A stretch of DNA of 63,504 nucleotides, filler included, from Octopus bimaculoides (Eukaryota), in assembly GCF_001194135.2 (NCBI RefSeq). It is 8 parts of 6 records of this genome, joined end to end, with 100 filler letters (N's around TTAATTAATTAA, not from the genome) between each part and the next. Parts side by side here need not be neighbours in the genome. Positions count along the whole stretch, not along the records: positions 58,521 to 60,630 come from NC_068984.1; positions 60,731 to 63,504 come from NC_069003.1; 6 more parts are not named here. The stretch is one strand, 5' to 3'. Below, one piece after another: positions 58,709 through 63,504 of the stretch; the stretch's first letter is position 1, and each line of letters begins with the position of its first letter. Under the pieces are notes generated by a model, which made no database searches, was not told where the DNA came from, and saw only the letters and a program-made list of their open reading frames with translations. The position numbers and the translations under genes were made by a program.

Positions 58709-59362
58709 CATACATACATACATACATACATACTATTTTATCTCCGGAAACAATTTATATTTCTGTTTATACCAATTGTTGTACATAGACGTTTCAGATC
58801 ATTTAATACCTTCGTTAGGGTAAATACATAGAAAATCGTAAATGTATCTTTCTGTTTATATACCTGAAAGAACATTTGGTGTCTATATTTTATTTTTCTA
58901 CTCATAAAGATTCGTTAAAGAAAATCAATGATAATTAAATGAGCATTAAGATTTTGGTTTAATAGTTGGTGATTGGAAAGTAGTTTTTGAGTAGGTGTGA
59001 GCTTTTAAAACTTCAGTTATTTAGAGACTCGATGGATACAATATAAAATTGCGCAAATTCGTAATAAGCGCTAGTTGTCGATACAACAGAATTGAACGAC
59101 TAGCATTCCGCATAAGCTCAACTCCGTATAACATTCAAAGACCAGGGACGTTTTTTTTTTTCTTTTATAACCCCAGTAAGACTGAAATCAGTGTAACAAG
59201 CAAGATAATCCTAGAAAAATCATCACATGATCAATTGTAATTAATTGGCCAACGATTTAATTATAGATGTGAGGCTATTTCATGGAGGTTGTACGTAGAA
59301 ATGTTGCATTTAAAAAAAACTATTCTTATGGATGTTTCCTCTAGCTTCATGTTGTTTATTGT

Positions 59363-59750
59363 GGAGGCGCAATGGCCCAGTGGTTAGGGTAGCGGACTCG
59401 TGATCATAGGATCGCGGTTTCGATTCCCAGACCGGGCGTTGTGAGTGTTTATTGAGCGAAAACACCTAAAGCTCCGCGAGGCTCCGGCAGGGGATGGTGG
59501 CGAACCCTGTTTTACTCTTTCACCACAAATTTCTCTCACTCTTACTTCCTGTTTCTGCTGTGCCTGTAATTCAAAGGGTCAGCCTTGTCACACTGTGTCA
59601 CGCTGAATCTCCCCGAGAACTACGTTAAGGGTACACGTGTCTGTGGAGTGCTCAGCCACTTGCAGGTTAATTTCACGAGCAGGCTGTTCCGTTGATCGGA
59701 TCAACTGGAACCCTCAACGTCGTAAGCGACGGAGTGCCAACAACAACAAC
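59363..59750 (+). mobile_element. tRNA-derived SINE family B, full length, (CAA)n tail
   Basis: A box TGGCCCAGTGGTTAG and B box GGTTTCGATTCCC. The body matches the reverse copy at 1578-1799. Confidence 0.88.
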
Positions 59751-60236
59751 ATCTTGTTTATTATACTGATTTCAGTCTTAATAAGATTAATGGGGGAAGT
59801 AACATTTCATGGTTTTTGAGTTTCATGTAAAGTGCACGAAGTGTTTGGAGTTCAACTCGATGCTCTGTATCAAATTCATTGCTAAATATTTTTGGTTCTT
59901 CGTTGATGGAACTACTTATTATCTTTGAGCAAGGCAATACTTTCTCGTTGTTCCTGTCAACTAAGCAGAAAATGAGTACTAGCCTAATAACTTGCAACCC
60001 ACCCTCCCTCCAGCTGCCATGTCCTCAATGTTCCCAGAGACATAGGTTGAGGGCAAAACCGAGTCAGTATCTATGTCTAGTTGCGAAAACAAGAACACCT
60101 AAAACAATTAGCAGAAGCATGGTACATGATTACCGAGCCATGTTCGTTTGCGAGTGACGGCTGTGGTTTGTGTACATAGATCTCATAATTTGTTGAGTTA
60201 CTCTTACGACAACCTCCACACATATACACATGCATA

Positions 60237-60281
<45 letters not shown>

Positions 60282-60541
60282 TGCTTTAAGCAGTGCTATC
60301 GCTTGATTGTTCTGTGAAAGAATAGCAACACAGTTGTGGCCTAGTGGCATTTCAGTCCTGCTATGGACCTACACTCTTTTGTACAGATGAAATAATGATG
60401 GGAGCCTCTTGCACCAAGTGTAAAGAGAGATTACCACCCACTCTGACGCATGTTATCATTCATGGATTGTTTCGTTGAGTGTTTTGCCTTTCTCGGATAT
60501 GGCTAGCCATAATTTTGCAACGCATAATACATATATACGTG

Positions 60542-60630
<89 letters not shown>

Positions 60631-60800
60631 NNNNNNNNNNNNNNNNNNNNNNNNNNNNNNNNNNNNNNNNNNNNTTAATTAATTAANNNNNNNNNNNNNN
60701 NNNNNNNNNNNNNNNNNNNNNNNNNNNNNNGGCGATGTGAGACATTATTGGCCATTCTTTGTCAAATCTATTCATATTCTCATATATTATACATGTACAC

Positions 60801-60859
<59 letters not shown>

Positions 60860-61012
60860 TACACGTTTAACGTCCATTTTCCATGCTGGCATGGGTTGGA
60901 TGGGTTGACCGAGGGCTGGCAAGCCAGGAGGCTGCACCAGGCGCCAATCTGATTTGGCAAAGTTTCTACAACTGGAACAGACTGGCGCCTGGTGCCAGCC
61001 CTCAGTTAAACC

Positions 61013-61048
<36 letters not shown>

Positions 61049-61552
61049 TTATATGCATGTATTATGTGTGTGGGTGGATTAGACAAATATATTATTCAGG
61101 TATTGTTTTACAGCCGGGTGCCCTATGCGCTACAGGTCGCTAACCTGCTTGAAAGTTGTGTCTTGAAGGTGCTAAGATAGCGGGTGTGGACAGGAGAAAT
61201 GACAACAACGTCACCGCTTATAACTCGGCGATTTTCGGAGAAACGCATTCGTACGTGAGAGAGGAAGAGAAAGAGAGAGAGGAAGAGAGAGAGAGAGAGA
61301 GAATGACTCCTGCGCTTGTAGTTCTCATGCAGGGCACTACATGTATTGTTTTCGAGGTAGAGGTCACGCGTGGAGCTAATCAAACAGTTTCTATCCCTCT
61401 AAAGTTGCACATTGGGTTCGTTTAGCCCCAGAAGACTAGACCTGAGCGCTACACCGAGGGATCGAACTCCGGATTTGATTACTGAATTGTAAAGATAATA
61501 AATATTCGGCTCTTGCCTGTGAGCAACACACAACAACGTGTGTGTGTCTGAA

Positions 61553-61712
61553 GGCGCAGGAGTGGCTGTGTGGTAAGTAGCTTGCTTACCAACCACTTGG
61601 TTACGGGTTCAGCCCCACTGTGTGGCACCTTGGGCAAGTGTCTTCTATAGCCTCGGGCCGACCAAAGCCTTGTGAGTGGATTTGGTGGACGGAAACTGAA
61701 AGAAGCCCGTCA
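61553..61712 (+). mobile_element. SINE family A, head arm
   Basis: GGCGCAGGAGTGGCTGTGTGGTAAGTAGC...GAAAGAAGCCCGTC. Confidence 0.85.
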
Positions 61713-62347
61713 TATATATATAATTAATAATATCAGGGTAATAAAAATTTTAGAGATTTTTACTACCAGTGGCCGAGCGTGTAAAAATTATTTTATTTTG
61801 CGAAACAAAAGTCAGAAACCATGGTCCAGGAGATAAATGGTANNNNNNNNNNNNNNNNNNNNNNNNNNNNNNNNNNNNNNNNNNNNNNNNNNNNNNNNNN
61901 NNNNNNNNNNNNNNNNNNNNNNNNNNNNNNNNNNNNNNNNNNNNNNNNNNNNNNNNNNNNNNNNNNNNNNNNNNNNNNNNNNNNNNNNNNNNNNNNNNNN
62001 NNNNNNNNNNNNNNNNNNNNNNNNNNNNNNNNNNNNNNNNNNNNNNNNNNNNNNNNNNNNNNNNNNNNNNNNNNNNNNNNNNNNNNNNNNNNNNNNNNNN
62101 NNNNNNNNNNNNNNNNNNNNNNNNNNNNNNNNNNNNNNNNNNNNNNNNNNNNNNNNNNAATGATAGAATAGAAGAATAGGAATGATGCTGGAATTGGAAA
62201 AGCCGTATATATAACTAGTCTTCTCCTTTTCATTCTTATTTTTCTCTTCCATTCGTTCGTTCTGTCGTTCTTCCTGGGTGAAAACTTAAAAGTACACCGA
62301 TGACTAGGAAGGTATATACGGTGGGGGCGATCCTAACGAGCATATGT

Positions 62348-62396
<49 letters not shown>

Positions 62397-62411
62397 TATA
62401 TGTGTGTGTGA

Positions 62412-62446
<35 letters not shown>

Positions 62447-63470
62447 GTGGTGTTGGTAGTGATGGAGGCAGTGGTAAAAACTGGTGGTGGTGGTGGTTTT
62501 ATGGTTGTAGCTGTTTGCAGTTAGGCTGTAGTGTTGTAACAGTGCTCGTATTCGTTATGGTATTACAGTTTGCTGATGTTGTAGTAATGGTTAAAGTAGT
62601 GGCGCTGGTTCTGCTGTCTCCAGAGCCTGTTGTTGCTGTAGTTTGCGTTATAGTAAAAAAATAAAGACGTTCTATTACAAACTGTTGTTATTACGTTGAG
62701 TGGTTGCAATTAATGGCGGCGGCGGCGGTGCTGGGAAGCTCATTGTTTTGGTTACGCTAGTTCTATTCATACTTTTGGTGGTGGTGCTGGTGGTGGTGTA
62801 CCTGCTGTTCTGGTTACAGTTGTTGTATTGGTTGATGGTGGTGGTGGTGGTGAGAGTATGTTAGTGCGTGCGCGCGAAACACAAAAACGAAACCGAAAGA
62901 ATCTCCTCCCATTCCCGTGATGCTACTGAGGAGGAGGAGGAGGAGGGTGGGTAATTGCTTGGTGGTGGTGATGGTGGTGGTATTTTATGAAAGGAAGGAA
63001 GGGAGGGGGTTGGTGGAGAATGGGACTTTGTGTTCTGTTGGCAGAGGTGGCGGCGGCGGTACTGATGCGGAAGAAGGCAATATTTAGGATGACGATGTAT
63101 TGGAGGAGAGAGAGAGAGAGAATTAGTAAAGTGAAAGTAGAAAATATGAACGACAGAGAAATAGAAAAAAAAGAAAGAAAGGAAGATTTTTTTTTTTAAG
63201 TTAGGGACTTTATGACCGTAAACACACACACACACATATAGCGCCTGGGTCAGTTGTGATGCGATTGTTTACTCTATCGCGATGCATTCCAATTCTGACC
63301 ATCCCTCCTTTTTATTCAGATAGAGCCATATCTCGGGCTCACTCCAGTGTCCTATAGCCTTCTCTTTTTTTTTTCTTTGTTAGGTAGTGTGTGTTTTTGA
63401 GAAGGGTAGGATATTTAGCTGTTATTTCTTGCTGGTGGAGAGACCACGTAAAAATTCCCTCGTCGATTCA

Positions 63471-63504
<34 letters not shown>

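Noticed and set aside
59363-59440. tRNA-like sequences with A and B boxes (also at 2943, 37740, 55213, 61553)
   Set aside because: They lack a complete cloverleaf and continue into multi-copy SINE bodies; these are SINE heads, not tRNA genes.
62440-63235. Thr-rich and Pro-rich minus-strand reading frames (mucin-like)
   Set aside because: Low-complexity (GGT)/(GTA)/(GAG) field without clear splice sites or a domain.

Overview
This is eukaryotic, AT-rich DNA saturated with microsatellites, from a gappy draft assembly: many N runs, plus seven artificial 44N-TTAATTAATTAA-44N spacers. The tRNA-derived SINE families, the dense simple repeats and the HCDICGKSF-type zinc-finger array point to an octopus genome (inference). 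Two host genes are well supported. (1) A clan-4 cytochrome P450 on the + strand, CYP4V2-like, seen as four exons (32975-33165, 37562-37634, 39764-39940, 40517-40674). Their phases match human CYP4V2 exons 4, 5, 10 and 11 as I recall them; equivalents of exons 1-3 and 6-9 are not visible. (2) A 9-finger C2H2 zinc-finger ORF (28565-29338, +) on a contig bounded by two artificial spacers. The rest is transposon debris: several SINE families, a decayed Tx1/L1 LINE filling a CYP intron, two RTE families, at least seven R4/Dong-like (restriction-like endonuclease) fragments beside (AAT)n or (AAG)n tracts, CR1/Jockey-like relics, a Tc1/mariner relic, Helitron ends and three MITEs. I found no CRISPR array, rRNA or true tRNA gene, and nothing here is clearly a new biological system. 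The best leads are a Merlin-like foldback MITE carrying inverted telomere-type repeats, the missing catalytic core of the CYP, a CpG-depleted block (45.3-54.6 kb) with phase-compatible candidate microexons of an unidentified gene, the clustering of R4/Dong elements in microsatellites, and closely spaced inverted SINE pairs that could be A-to-I editing substrates. All coordinates were read by eye, and TE boundaries are approximate unless a target-site duplication (TSD) is given.
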